A DNA stretch of 64,000 nucleotides. It comes from Clostridiales bacterium. Lineage in GTDB: Bacteria; Bacillota; Clostridia; Christensenellales; SZUA-584. Position numbers and translations under genes: made by a program. Below, one piece after another: positions 37,588 to 45,496 of the stretch. Below the pieces are notes generated by a model that was given only the letters and a program-made list of their open reading frames with translations, was not told where the DNA came from and did no database searches. Numbering within the stretch: the first letter of the stretch is position 1; each line of letters starts with the position of its first letter. The stretch covers positions 484 through 64,483 of the forward strand of contig JAJUJH010000001.1 of NCBI GenBank assembly GCA_029265435.1, written 5' to 3'.

Positions 37588-38277
37588 ATGAAGTTATACC
37601 AGTTTGAAACGCATTGCCACACGGCGGAAACCAGCCCCTGCGGCGTACTCAAAGCGGCGGAAGCGGTGGACGGCCTGAGGGCGGCGGGATACGCGGGCAC
37701 GTTCATTACGGACCATTTCTATTCGCGCTATTTCGACAGGCCCGATATGAGGGGGCTGTCGTGGACCGAAAAGGTGGACCGGTATCTTGCGGGGTACCGT
37801 GCGGCAAGGAAACGCGGCGAGCAGACGGGCCTTAAAGTGTTTTTGGGGCTGGAGGTGCAGCCGGAAGGCTCGCCGTATGAATTTTTGATATTCGGGCCGG
37901 ACGAAGCGTTTTTGCTTGAAGCGGGCCCGTTTTATAAACTGCCGATAGAGAAGATTTACAGCCTCATGCACGAAAACGGCTTTCTCGTGTTTCAGGCGCA
38001 CCCTTTCCGGTTTGGGCTGTCGCCCGAAAATCCCGCGTATTACGACGGCATCGAGATCGTCAACGCGCAGGTCAGACACCAAAGCCGCAACAGGCTGGCG
38101 CTCAAATTCGCATATGAGAACGGTGTGATGGCGATTGCGGGCGGAGATGTGCACATGAGCGAGGATATCGGCAAAAGCGGCATAATGCTGCCCGCGGACG
38201 TGGACGGCTTGCCGTCGTTCATCAGCTATTATAAGGAGGTCAGAATCCCGGAACTGATCGTGTCATGCGGGGTCTGA
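37588..38277 (+). CDS. PHP-domain metal-dependent phosphoesterase
   Basis: N-terminal ETHCHT (HxH) motif. FQAHPFR and AGGDVH motifs further on. Confidence 0.75.
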   Translation: MKLYQFETHCHTAETSPCGVLKAAEAVDGLRAAGYAGTFITDHFYSRYFDRPDMRGLSWTEKVDRYLAGYRAARKRGEQTGLKVFLGLEVQPEGSPYEFLIFGPDEAFLLEAGPFYKLPIEKIYSLMHENGFLVFQAHPFRFGLSPENPAYYDGIEIVNAQVRHQSRNRLALKFAYENGVMAIAGGDVHMSEDIGKSGIMLPADVDGLPSFISYYKEVRIPELIVSCGV

Positions 38278-38305
38278 CGCGCGGACGATTGAAGGTGGTG
38301 TTTAT

Positions 38306-38680
38306 ATGTTTAACAGGATGTTCATCGGGCGCAACGGCCCCGATCAGCTCTCGCTTGCGCTGATCATTCTTGCTTTGATATTGAACTTTGTGCCGTGGCC
38401 GTATATGTTTATCATCACGTTTTGCATCGTGGGCGCTGCGGTATGGCGCATGTTCTCGCGCAACATCGCGCAGCGGCAGAAAGAGAATTTATCTTTCATG
38501 AATGTGGTTAATAAGATCAAATCGTGGTATTATAGGAGTAAAGCAAGGAGTCAGCAGCGAAAGCTGTATAAAATATTCAAATGCCCCAAATGCTCGCAAA
38601 AGCTGAGGGTACCGAGAGGAAAAGGCAAGGTATCCATCAAGTGTTCAAAATGCGGGCACAAAATGATCAGAAATACTTAA
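38306..38680 (+). CDS. Membrane protein with a C-terminal zinc ribbon
   Basis: Two TM helices, then CPKCSQKLRVPRGKGKVSIKCSKCGHKM (CxxC...CxxC). Confidence 0.6.
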   Translation: MFNRMFIGRNGPDQLSLALIILALILNFVPWPYMFIITFCIVGAAVWRMFSRNIAQRQKENLSFMNVVNKIKSWYYRSKARSQQRKLYKIFKCPKCSQKLRVPRGKGKVSIKCSKCGHKMIRNT

Positions 38681-38696
38681 AAAATGAGGTAACAAT

Positions 38697-38900
38697 ATGG
38701 CACAGATTACAAAAGACATGACCATCGCTCAGCTGCTTTCCATGGATCCGGGCTGCGCCAAGGTGCTGATGGAAGCGGGAATGCACTGCATCGGCTGCCC
38801 GGCGTCCGCAGGTGAAAGCCTTGAAGAAGCCAGCGCCGTTCACGGCCTTGATGTTGACGAGCTGGTCGCCAATTTGAACGCTTATTTTCAAAATAAATAA
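38697..38900 (+). CDS. DUF1858 (hybrid-cluster-protein-associated redox disulfide) domain protein
   Basis: [45 protein letters not shown]. CxxC is preceded by the conserved MHC motif. Confidence 0.75.
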   Translation: MAQITKDMTIAQLLSMDPGCAKVLMEAGMHCIGCPASAGESLEEASAVHGLDVDELVANLNAYFQNK

Positions 38901-38913
38901 AAAGGAGAAGCTT

Positions 38914-39072
38914 ATGAAAAAATACGAGTGCACCGTTTGCGGCTACGTTTACGATCCCGAAGCGGGCGATCCGGATAACGGCATTGCGCCCGGCACCCCG
39001 TTTGAAGACATCCCCGACGATTGGGTATGCCCGCTGTGCGGCGCATCCAAGTCCATGTTTGAAGAAGCTTGA
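38914..39072 (+). CDS. Rubredoxin (52 aa; below the ORF-track size cutoff)
   Basis: Own translation: [52 protein letters not shown]. Two CxxCG knuckles. AAAGGAGAAG RBS. Confidence 0.9.
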   Translation: MKKYECTVCGYVYDPEAGDPDNGIAPGTPFEDIPDDWVCPLCGASKSMFEEA

Positions 39073-39087
39073 ATCCGGAGAAGAGGT

Positions 39088-40287
39088 ATGCGGTCTTGTG
39101 AAATCGCAAAAGGCGTGTTTTGGACGGGAGCAACAGATCCCGCCGCACGCGGGCTCGGCGCTTTGCCGCACATGAAGCGGGGCGCGTCATATAACAGCTA
39201 TTTGGTATTAGGGAGCGAAAAGACCGCCGTTGTGGAGACGGTGGGAGAGCGTTTTTCAGACGAGCATATCGAGAAATTATCCGGCTTGTGTGATATATCG
39301 TCCATCGACTATATCATATGCAACCACTCGGAGCCCGACCATTCCGGCGGGCTCTTTAAGCTTCTCAAAGCCGCGAAAAATGCGTCGGTGGTTTGCACAA
39401 AGCCCGCGAGCGTTTTTCTCGGAAATATTTTAAACGAAAAGTTCGAGTGCAAAACCGTTGAGGACGGCGATACGATCGAGCTGGGCGGCAAGACGCTTCG
39501 GTTCATATCCGCGCCGTTTTTGATTTGGCCGGACACGATGTTCACATATATCATCGAAGACGCCGTGCTGCTGACGGGAAACGCGTTTGGGTTTCACTTT
39601 TCGGCGGAAAGCGATTTCGACGACATGACGCCGCTGACAGGCAGGATGATCGAGGCGCAGAAAGCGTATTTTGACGCGATGATGAGCCCTTTTAAAACGT
39701 ATGTGCTCGATGCGGTCAAAAAAACGCGCGCGCTGCATATCGACGTGATCGGTCCGTCGCACGGGCCGGTGCTGCGCAAAGACCCATGGGCTGCGGTTGA
39801 CCGCTATGAGAAATGGGCGTCGGATACGCTTGCCGTCAACAACCCCAAAAAGGTATATATCGGTTTTGCGTCATGCTATGGATATACATCAAAGCTCGCC
39901 GAACGCATAGCGCAGACGGTCAGGGAAGGGGGCTGCGACGCGGAGGTTGAAGATATATCCGCCGCCGATGCCGCACGATGCGCCGCCAAAATCCATTCGG
40001 CCGACGCTTTTGCGATCGGCTCGCCGACGATCAACCGCGATGCCTTAAAGCCCGTATGGGATGTGCTTTCGTCGCTGTCCGTAATGATCGTCAAAGGCAA
40101 AGCGGCGGCGGCTTTCGGTTCTTTCGGATGGAGCGGCGAATCCGTCAAATATCTGAGCGACCGGCTTCGGAATCTGGGCGCGGAAGTGGTCGGCACTTGC
40201 AGCGCCAAATTGAATCCGGACGACAAGGAACTGGCTGAAGCCGGAAAACTCGGCGAAGCGATATGCGCCGCGCTGGCTGAACGATAG
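39088..40287 (+). CDS. Flavodiiron protein (FprA-type O2/NO reductase: metallo-beta-lactamase-like plus flavodoxin domains)
   Basis: Di-iron motif HSEPDHSGG. C-terminal flavodoxin-like YIGFASCYGYTSKLAERIA...GSPTINRDA. Confidence 0.85.
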   Translation: MRSCEIAKGVFWTGATDPAARGLGALPHMKRGASYNSYLVLGSEKTAVVETVGERFSDEHIEKLSGLCDISSIDYIICNHSEPDHSGGLFKLLKAAKNASVVCTKPASVFLGNILNEKFECKTVEDGDTIELGGKTLRFISAPFLIWPDTMFTYIIEDAVLLTGNAFGFHFSAESDFDDMTPLTGRMIEAQKAYFDAMMSPFKTYVLDAVKKTRALHIDVIGPSHGPVLRKDPWAAVDRYEKWASDTLAVNNPKKVYIGFASCYGYTSKLAERIAQTVREGGCDAEVEDISAADAARCAAKIHSADAFAIGSPTINRDALKPVWDVLSSLSVMIVKGKAAAAFGSFGWSGESVKYLSDRLRNLGAEVVGTCSAKLNPDDKELAEAGKLGEAICAALAER

Positions 40288-40298
40288 CGGCTGCAACA

Positions 40299-40488
40299 AA
40301 AAAGAGCGGTTTGTCGCCGCTCCCAGACTGTCAATAAGGCTCAAAATATCATTTGCGGGCAAGACGGGCCTGGCCCGCGCAGCCCGCACCTTGCGCCGAT
40401 TCGAGCTTGCGAGGAACAAGCAAAGCCGGAAAACTGTTGTAAAACCGAAGGTTTTTCGACAAATAAAAAGAGCGGTTCGTCACCGCTC
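40299..40488 (+). repeat. Structured intergenic repeat, copy 2: 142-bp core (40323-40464) flanked by a 24-bp duplication of the fprA/rpsR bidirectional terminator hairpin
   Basis: Flanks are AAAAAGAGCGGTTTGTCGCCGCTC (40299-40322) and AAAAAGAGCGGTTCGTCACCGCTC (40465-40488), followed by TTTTGC. Confidence 0.85.
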
Positions 40489-40507
40489 TTTTGCTATGCG
40501 ATTGCAA

Positions 40508-40756
40508 TCAGTCCTGCGAATATGGAAGCAGCGCCATCATACGCGCACGCTTCACCGCCATCGCAAGATCTCTTTGATGCTTGGCGCAAACGCCGGATGT
40601 GCGTCTTGGCTGGATCTTGCCGCGCTCCGTCAGGAAACGCTTCAGCTTTGTGACATCTTTATAATCAATGCTCTTTGCTTTATCCGCACAAAACGCGCAG
40701 ACCTTGCGCCGGGGCTTGCCGCGCCGGATTTTCTTCTGCGACTTATCGTCATTCAT
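40508..40756 (-). CDS. rpsR: 30S ribosomal protein S18
   Basis: [62 protein letters not shown]. Confidence 0.95.
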   Translation of the reverse strand: MNDDKSQKKIRRGKPRRKVCAFCADKAKSIDYKDVTKLKRFLTERGKIQPRRTSGVCAKHQRDLAMAVKRARMMALLPYSQD

Positions 40757-40777
40757 AATGACTCCTCCTTATCTTTG

Positions 40778-41206
40778 TCAAAAAGGCATCTGTTCATCGT
40801 CCAGAGGCTCAAAATCGTCCGGCTCATCGCCGAATAGGCCCGCGTCGTCCGGCGGCGGGGGAACATCCTGCCCTCGGCTGAAACCGCCGCCCCCCTCGCC
40901 CTTGGGCGTCAGGAACTCCACATCGTCCGCGATAATTTCGGTTATATAGCGTCTCTGCCCGTTATTATCGTCGTAGCTTCTGACCTGAATCCGTCCGCTC
41001 ACGCCCACTTTGCGGCCTTTGGAAAGGAACTTGCCGCAGTTGTCCGCGAGGCCGCGCCATGTGACAACGGGGATATAGTCCACTTCCTTTTTGTCACCGA
41101 ACCCCCTGTTGACCGCCACGGTAAAACTGCATACCGATATGCCCTGCGGTGTGGTGCGAAGCTCAGGATCTTTGGTCAGATTCCCGATTATGATGGCTCT
41201 GTTCAT
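40778..41206 (-). CDS. ssb: Single-stranded DNA-binding protein
   Basis: MNRAIIIGNLTKDPELRTTPQGISVCSFTVAVNR..., Gly/Pro-rich tail ending DDEQMPF. Confidence 0.95.
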   Translation of the reverse strand: MNRAIIIGNLTKDPELRTTPQGISVCSFTVAVNRGFGDKKEVDYIPVVTWRGLADNCGKFLSKGRKVGVSGRIQVRSYDDNNGQRRYITEIIADDVEFLTPKGEGGGGFSRGQDVPPPPDDAGLFGDEPDDFEPLDDEQMPF

Positions 41207-41221
41207 AATACAAACCTGCCT

Positions 41222-41503
41222 TTACAGTCTTATCACATTGAATCTTAGCACACTGTCGCTGATGTTGTAATTACGTTCAAGCTCTAAAGGTAACGTCGGC
41301 GGTGCTTCAAATGTCATGAGCACATAGTAACCTTCTTTGATATAATCGATCTCATAGGCCAGCTTTCTTTGGCCCCATTCGTCGACGTTCTCGATTTTGC
41401 CGCCGTTGTCCGTGACGATTGCCGAGAATTTCCCGATCAGCGCTTTGCGCGTTTCCTCGTCTAAGTCGGGCTTCAAAATATACATGCTTTCGTACTTGTT
41501 CAT
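41222..41503 (-). CDS. rpsF: 30S ribosomal protein S6
   Basis: MNKYESMYILKPDLDEETRKALIGKFSAIV...WGQRKLAYEI. Confidence 0.95.
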   Translation of the reverse strand: MNKYESMYILKPDLDEETRKALIGKFSAIVTDNGGKIENVDEWGQRKLAYEIDYIKEGYYVLMTFEAPPTLPLELERNYNISDSVLRFNVIRL

Positions 41504-41624
41504 ATCCTACCTCCCTTATGGACTCTCCGCACACAAAACTGCCGCGCTTCACCTGCCGTCAATAAAGTGCCGGATGTTGGCCCTGCGCAAAAAACGCAGA
41601 GCAAGAAAGACGCTACATCGTTTG

Positions 41625-41653
41625 ATTATAACATTGCTTTACAAAACTGACAA
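41625..41653 (-). promoter_or_regulatory. Promoter of rpsF-ssb-rpsR (TTGTCA-17 nt-TATAAT on the minus strand), giving a leader of about 115 nt
   Basis: -35 at 41653-41648 and -10 at 41630-41625 (minus-strand reading). The leader could hold the S6:S18 autoregulatory structure, but I did not verify this. Confidence 0.5.
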
Positions 41654-41774
41654 CACAAATTTCTCTGCCTGAGGTTTTCACCCGCGTCACAATTCCCCTT
41701 CCGTTTCCGGCGGTATGAAAACGCGAATAATGACGGATAATAGGTATCAGCAATATCGGGAAAGGATGTGTGCC

Positions 41775-41930
41775 ATGTCAAAGATGAATTGCTCAAGCTG
41801 CAAAAAACCCACGGAGTCGCGCGCGATGCAGCATTGCAAGGGATGCAATGCGTATATGTGCCAGGACTGCTACGATTTGAACAGCGGTTACTGCAGCGAT
41901 TGCCAGAACAGCCTCGAGATGTACGAATAG
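41775..41930 (+). CDS. Small cysteine-rich (double zinc-ribbon-like) protein, 51 aa
   Basis: MSKMNCSSCKKPTESRAMQHCKGCNAYMCQDCYDLNSGYCSDCQNSLEMYE, four CxxC pairs. Convergent (tail to tail) with the DtxR-family gene 41933..42304. Confidence 0.5.
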   Translation: MSKMNCSSCKKPTESRAMQHCKGCNAYMCQDCYDLNSGYCSDCQNSLEMYE

Positions 41931-41932
41931 CG

Positions 41933-42304
41933 TTACGGCTGCTTTGTCAAATAGACCTTCATGGCTTTGACGGTCTCGGGCGATATGATATGCTCCATGC
42001 GGCAGGCGTCCGCCTCGGCGACGGCCACATCGATACCCAGCGATCGGACGAGAAAATCGGTGATGACGTGATGAAGCTCGTGGATCCGCGCGGCCTTGCT
42101 GCGCCCTTTTTCCGTAAACGTCACGTCGCCGTAAGGCTCCTGATTGATATACCCTTCGCGTTTCAGATTGCTCATGGCTCTGTTGACGCTGGGCTTTGTG
42201 ACGCCTAAAAACCGTGCAATATCCACGCTTCGCACCACGTTGTTTTTGGCTTCCAGCTCCAATATCGCTTCCAGATACATTTCCAGAGATTCGCTTACAT
42301 CCAT
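41933..42304 (-). CDS. DtxR/MntR-family metal-dependent transcriptional repressor (short, no SH3 domain)
   Basis: SLEMYLEAILELEAKNNVVRSVDIARFLGVTKPSVNRAMSNLKREGYI...HELHHVITDFL. Confidence 0.85.
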   Translation of the reverse strand: MDVSESLEMYLEAILELEAKNNVVRSVDIARFLGVTKPSVNRAMSNLKREGYINQEPYGDVTFTEKGRSKAARIHELHHVITDFLVRSLGIDVAVAEADACRMEHIISPETVKAMKVYLTKQP

Positions 42305-42375
42305 GACCGTACCGCCGTTTCATGCCGTTTGGATTATGATAGCATAATTGTCAGCGCAAATAAAGAATCTGCCGG

Positions 42376-42534
42376 TCATTTTTGCGACAGAAGCAGAAAT
42401 ACCAAGGCGGCAATCAGAAAAGGAACGAAAAACAGCAGGCGGGTGAAGTTCATCCGCCGAAGGAATTCCTTCTCCCTTTCGTCGTGCTGAGGGTTGCGAA
42501 TTTTGTGAAGAAGCCTTGTAAGTTTCTGTTTCAT
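42376..42534 (-). CDS. Small membrane protein (52 aa), translationally coupled to the upstream kinase gene
   Basis: Own translation: MKQKLTRLLHKIRNPQHDEREKEFLRRMNFTRLLFFVPFLIAALVFLLLSQK. Its ATG overlaps the kinase TGA (TCATGA at 42531-42536, plus strand). Confidence 0.4.
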   Translation of the reverse strand: MKQKLTRLLHKIRNPQHDEREKEFLRRMNFTRLLFFVPFLIAALVFLLLSQK

Positions 42535-43640
42535 GACGTAAAAAACCGTTCCTTGTCGTGGTAGCGAAGGTGAGAGGCGGGGAGCTCCGTATGGTTGAGC
42601 GGACTGTCCGTCAGCTCAAGCAGCCGCTCAAGAGGACGCGCGGCGCTGACGGCGTCGTAAGCGGTGCAGCACAGCGCGCCGGAAAGACTGGCAATGCGCG
42701 CGCAGTCCTCCAGCGAGAAGCCGCGTATCATCGCGGAAAGAAAACCGGCGATGGCGCTGTCGCCGCTGCCGAGCGCCGAGACGAAGCGTTCAACGCGGTA
42801 AGACGGCTGGAATATCTCCCTTGCCGAAAAACTGCCGCTCATGCCTGCGGATGTTTTGACATAAAGGCCATGAACGCCGCATTTGATAAGCGCGAGCCTT
42901 GAACCCATATCCAGGATACGGTTTGCGAGCGTCCGTATGCGCGAAAAATCCGGACGGCCGCCTGCGCAGATCCTCTCGAATTCGGGGCGGTCGAGCATGT
43001 ATAGCGCCTCGTCGATACTGGGCATAAACAAATCCACATGCGGCAGCGTTTTTTGAAGCACCGTTTTCCAATCCACTTTGCCCGATTCGCTTTGGGGGTC
43101 GGGCAGAGACATATCGAGCGACGTGACCGCCCCTTGAGCCTTGGCAGCGGAGAACAGGCGCACAAGCTCGGCGCCGTTGTTTTCGTACAGCCTCTTCATC
43201 ACGGTCGGATAACCGAAGTGAAAAAAGCCCGCTTCCCTTACACAGCGAAAATCGATATCATCCGCGCTGAATTCGTTGTTGTCAGCCGGATCGTGCAGTA
43301 TGATGCGGTCGATACCCGGCGGCGACAACACGACTGAATACGACGTGCGGCTGCCTTTCCGGCATGGCAGGCGGACGCCCGTTTCGCCTGCCGCGATGCC
43401 GGCAATGAGCTGACCGAAAGGATCGTCGCCGATTCGGGCAACGGGGTGCACACGCAGCCCCATTCTTGCCATCGCAAAGCCGGTATTTGAAACGGGGCCG
43501 CCGGCGGACACGGTGATGCCGTTCATATTGATGATCTTGCCGGGGCGGAAAAGCATGCCGATATCCTGAGCCTGGCCGGCTTCAAAGGCGGGACATACAT
43601 CCAGACAGATGTGTCCTGCCGCCACAATGTCGTATTTCAT
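42531..43640 (-). CDS. PfkB-family carbohydrate kinase
   Basis: N-terminal GHICLDV...GGPVSNTG and C-terminal ALGSGDSAIAGFL (the DTxGAGD-type motif variant). 369 aa. Confidence 0.8.
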   Translation of the reverse strand: MKYDIVAAGHICLDVCPAFEAGQAQDIGMLFRPGKIINMNGITVSAGGPVSNTGFAMARMGLRVHPVARIGDDPFGQLIAGIAAGETGVRLPCRKGSRTSYSVVLSPPGIDRIILHDPADNNEFSADDIDFRCVREAGFFHFGYPTVMKRLYENNGAELVRLFSAAKAQGAVTSLDMSLPDPQSESGKVDWKTVLQKTLPHVDLFMPSIDEALYMLDRPEFERICAGGRPDFSRIRTLANRILDMGSRLALIKCGVHGLYVKTSAGMSGSFSAREIFQPSYRVERFVSALGSGDSAIAGFLSAMIRGFSLEDCARIASLSGALCCTAYDAVSAARPLERLLELTDSPLNHTELPASHLRYHDKERFFTS

Positions 43641-43854
43641 GCGTTCACCTTTATGATTCGAAAATGATGATTATATTATAGCATACTTCGTTGTATTTTG
43701 GCTCAGCCGTCAGCGTTTTTGTGTTGCCGATGAATAATTATAAGCGTCGTCAAGAATCGACAAGTGTCGACAAAATCTTTTTTATTCATTTTGCGAAACA
43801 TGCAGGAATTTTACGATCTCGCTCAGAGTGCTGATATCTCTTTTTTTCACAGGA

Positions 43855-43875
43855 TGTGGACAACGATGTGGATAA
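43855..43875. promoter_or_regulatory. Two adjacent DnaA-box sequences (TGTGGACAA and TGTGGATAA)
   Basis: 43867-43875 is the exact reverse complement of TTATCCACA. 43855-43863 has one mismatch. The two boxes have the same orientation and are 3 bp apart, in an AT-rich intergenic region. Confidence 0.45.
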
Positions 43876-44087
43876 GTGGGATAGATATATACATTTTTCA
43901 GCGGCGTGTATACATTGGTATATCGGATTGAATATGAACAAGCATTTGAACCATATGATAAACGGCGCAAAAATATTCGGTCAAAAAGAGAAGATATTCA
44001 GAATTTCAATGCGGATCAAAAAAAGAGGATAACATTCATATTATTGGGAATCATAGGATCAGACTCTGTAAAGGCGGTACAAACGGA

Positions 44088-44351
44088 ATGAACGATACGC
44101 TGGATGCGATTAAAAGGCAGATGCGTTCAAGCAAGGGTGTGCGCGTGACGCTTAAAACGCGGTACGGAAGGCGCGGCGGCGTTGAAATGGGCGGGATCAT
44201 CGAAGGGCTTTACCCAGAGGTGTTCACAGTGCTTGTGAAAGAGCATGGGTATAAAAGGCGGTACTGCTTTTCCTATTCGGAAGTGCTTACCCATCACGTG
44301 GAGATAGACCCATGTCCAGAACCTCTCCTGTCTCTGCGTCCTGAAACATAA
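44088..44351 (+). CDS. veg: Veg (DUF1021) protein
   Basis: LDAIKRQMRSSKGVRVTLKTRYGRRGGVEMGGIIEGLYPEVFTVLV...YCFSYSEVLTHHVEI parallels B. subtilis Veg along its whole length. Confidence 0.8.
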   Translation: MNDTLDAIKRQMRSSKGVRVTLKTRYGRRGGVEMGGIIEGLYPEVFTVLVKEHGYKRRYCFSYSEVLTHHVEIDPCPEPLLSLRPET

Positions 44352-45078
44352 GCCAATATCCGTTCGCATCCGCAGCGGCGCTGCGCATATACGTGCCGAA
44401 GCCTTCAAGCCATATGGGGGGCGCCATTCCGTACTCCCCCGGTACCCCCAGCACCTTTGCAACCACGGTGCTGCCGCTGTAGATTTTGCCCGAAATATAG
44501 TGCCACCAGCCGGTGGGGCCGGGATATGAGATTTTAACCCATTCGCTGTTCGGAAAGGCGTACGGAAACGGGTTGATCTTATCTTGGCGGATCACATGCG
44601 GGCATGAATCGCAGACGCGCGGCTGTGCGGGCTGTTCGCGCTGTTCGGGCTGTTTGTCTGCAAGCGGCGGAGGCTCCTCGATTTTTAGCGGTTCTATCGG
44701 TATTTTGTTTTCGGTTTTGGGCAGCACATGCTTGAGCTTAAAATGTGCCGTTATCTCCTGCCAGTTTTGTCCGGAGGATTTGAGCAGGAACGCCATCGAC
44801 CGCGTATCCGCCACGGCGGCTCCCCGCACGGAATCCAGAGGCATACCGGAAAGCTCCGTATTGAGGCGTCCGTCCTTTATGTCGCCTGCGAAGTGGTCGT
44901 TGCCCTCGGAATCGAAGAGATACAGCGCGCACGAATCCGCAGGCTGCGAGGGCACAGTGAGGTCGATGAATAGGCCGTTATTCAGCGATTGAAGCTTGAG
45001 CACAGCCGCATGCTTCAGGTCTTTGAGCGTGCCGTTGTCGCTTTTTAGCATCATTACAGACCGTTTAATGCTTTCCAT
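44287..45078 (-). CDS. Hypothetical protein (263 aa)
   Basis: GAGGGAGGAAG RBS before the ATG at 45078 (MESIKRSVMMLKSDNG...). Pro/Gln-rich linker, C-terminal WWHYISGKIY...GYWLMFQDAETGEVL. I recognise no family. Confidence 0.55.
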   Translation of the reverse strand: MESIKRSVMMLKSDNGTLKDLKHAAVLKLQSLNNGLFIDLTVPSQPADSCALYLFDSEGNDHFAGDIKDGRLNTELSGMPLDSVRGAAVADTRSMAFLLKSSGQNWQEITAHFKLKHVLPKTENKIPIEPLKIEEPPPLADKQPEQREQPAQPRVCDSCPHVIRQDKINPFPYAFPNSEWVKISYPGPTGWWHYISGKIYSGSTVVAKVLGVPGEYGMAPPIWLEGFGTYMRSAAADANGYWLMFQDAETGEVLDMGLSPRDG

Positions 45079-45339
45079 ATTTCCCTCGCTTCCTCCCTCA
45101 TATATATATGGGCGAAGCCGCGGGAAAATGAAGGTTTTATAAATTGATATGAATGTATAAAAAAGGCCAAACGAAACGACATAAATTAACATTAATAGAA
45201 ATTGACGCAAAACTGCCCGATGCTAAAATGAAGCTAGGAAGGAAAGCATTTTGAAACGGTTGTTCAATGTTGGGGAAATATCTGAGGGAGGGAGTGTGTT
45301 GTGTGGCAAGACCGCCTTAAACGAAAAGGACGAAGGTTC

Positions 45340-45442
45340 GGCAGCGGTGTTTACCGACGAGAAAAGCAAACCCGAGCGAAAGCCGGGGACGCAAAGCCAT
45401 GAAGTCTAAAGCGCGATAGCGCCATGACGGTTCGGCCGCCTC
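45340..45442 (+). promoter_or_regulatory. c-di-GMP-I (GEMM-I) riboswitch aptamer
   Basis: AAAAGCAAACCCGAGCGAAAGCCGGGGACGCAAAGCCATGAAGTCTAAAGCGCGATAGCGCCATGACGGTTCGGCCGCC contains the conserved GCAAAC, GAAA tetraloop, GGGACGCAAAGCC and distal helix pattern, as in Vc2. Confidence 0.8.
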
Positions 45443-45466
45443 ATTTCGGAAGCGGCTTTTTATTTT
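45435..45466 (+). terminator. Riboswitch expression-platform terminator
   Basis: GCCGCCTC...GGAAGCGGC followed by TTTTTATTTT. Its 5' arm overlaps the 3' end of the aptamer. The adhesin RBS and ATG follow at 45481-45499. Confidence 0.7.
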
Positions 45467-45496
45467 GCTGTCAAATAAGAAAGGAAGATAATAGTA

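Noticed and set aside
43641-44087. The AT-rich spacer with DnaA boxes as the chromosomal origin (oriC)
   Set aside because: Only two boxes were found, there is no dnaA/dnaN nearby, and I could not identify a box array plus unwinding element. It is kept only as a possible DnaA-binding site.
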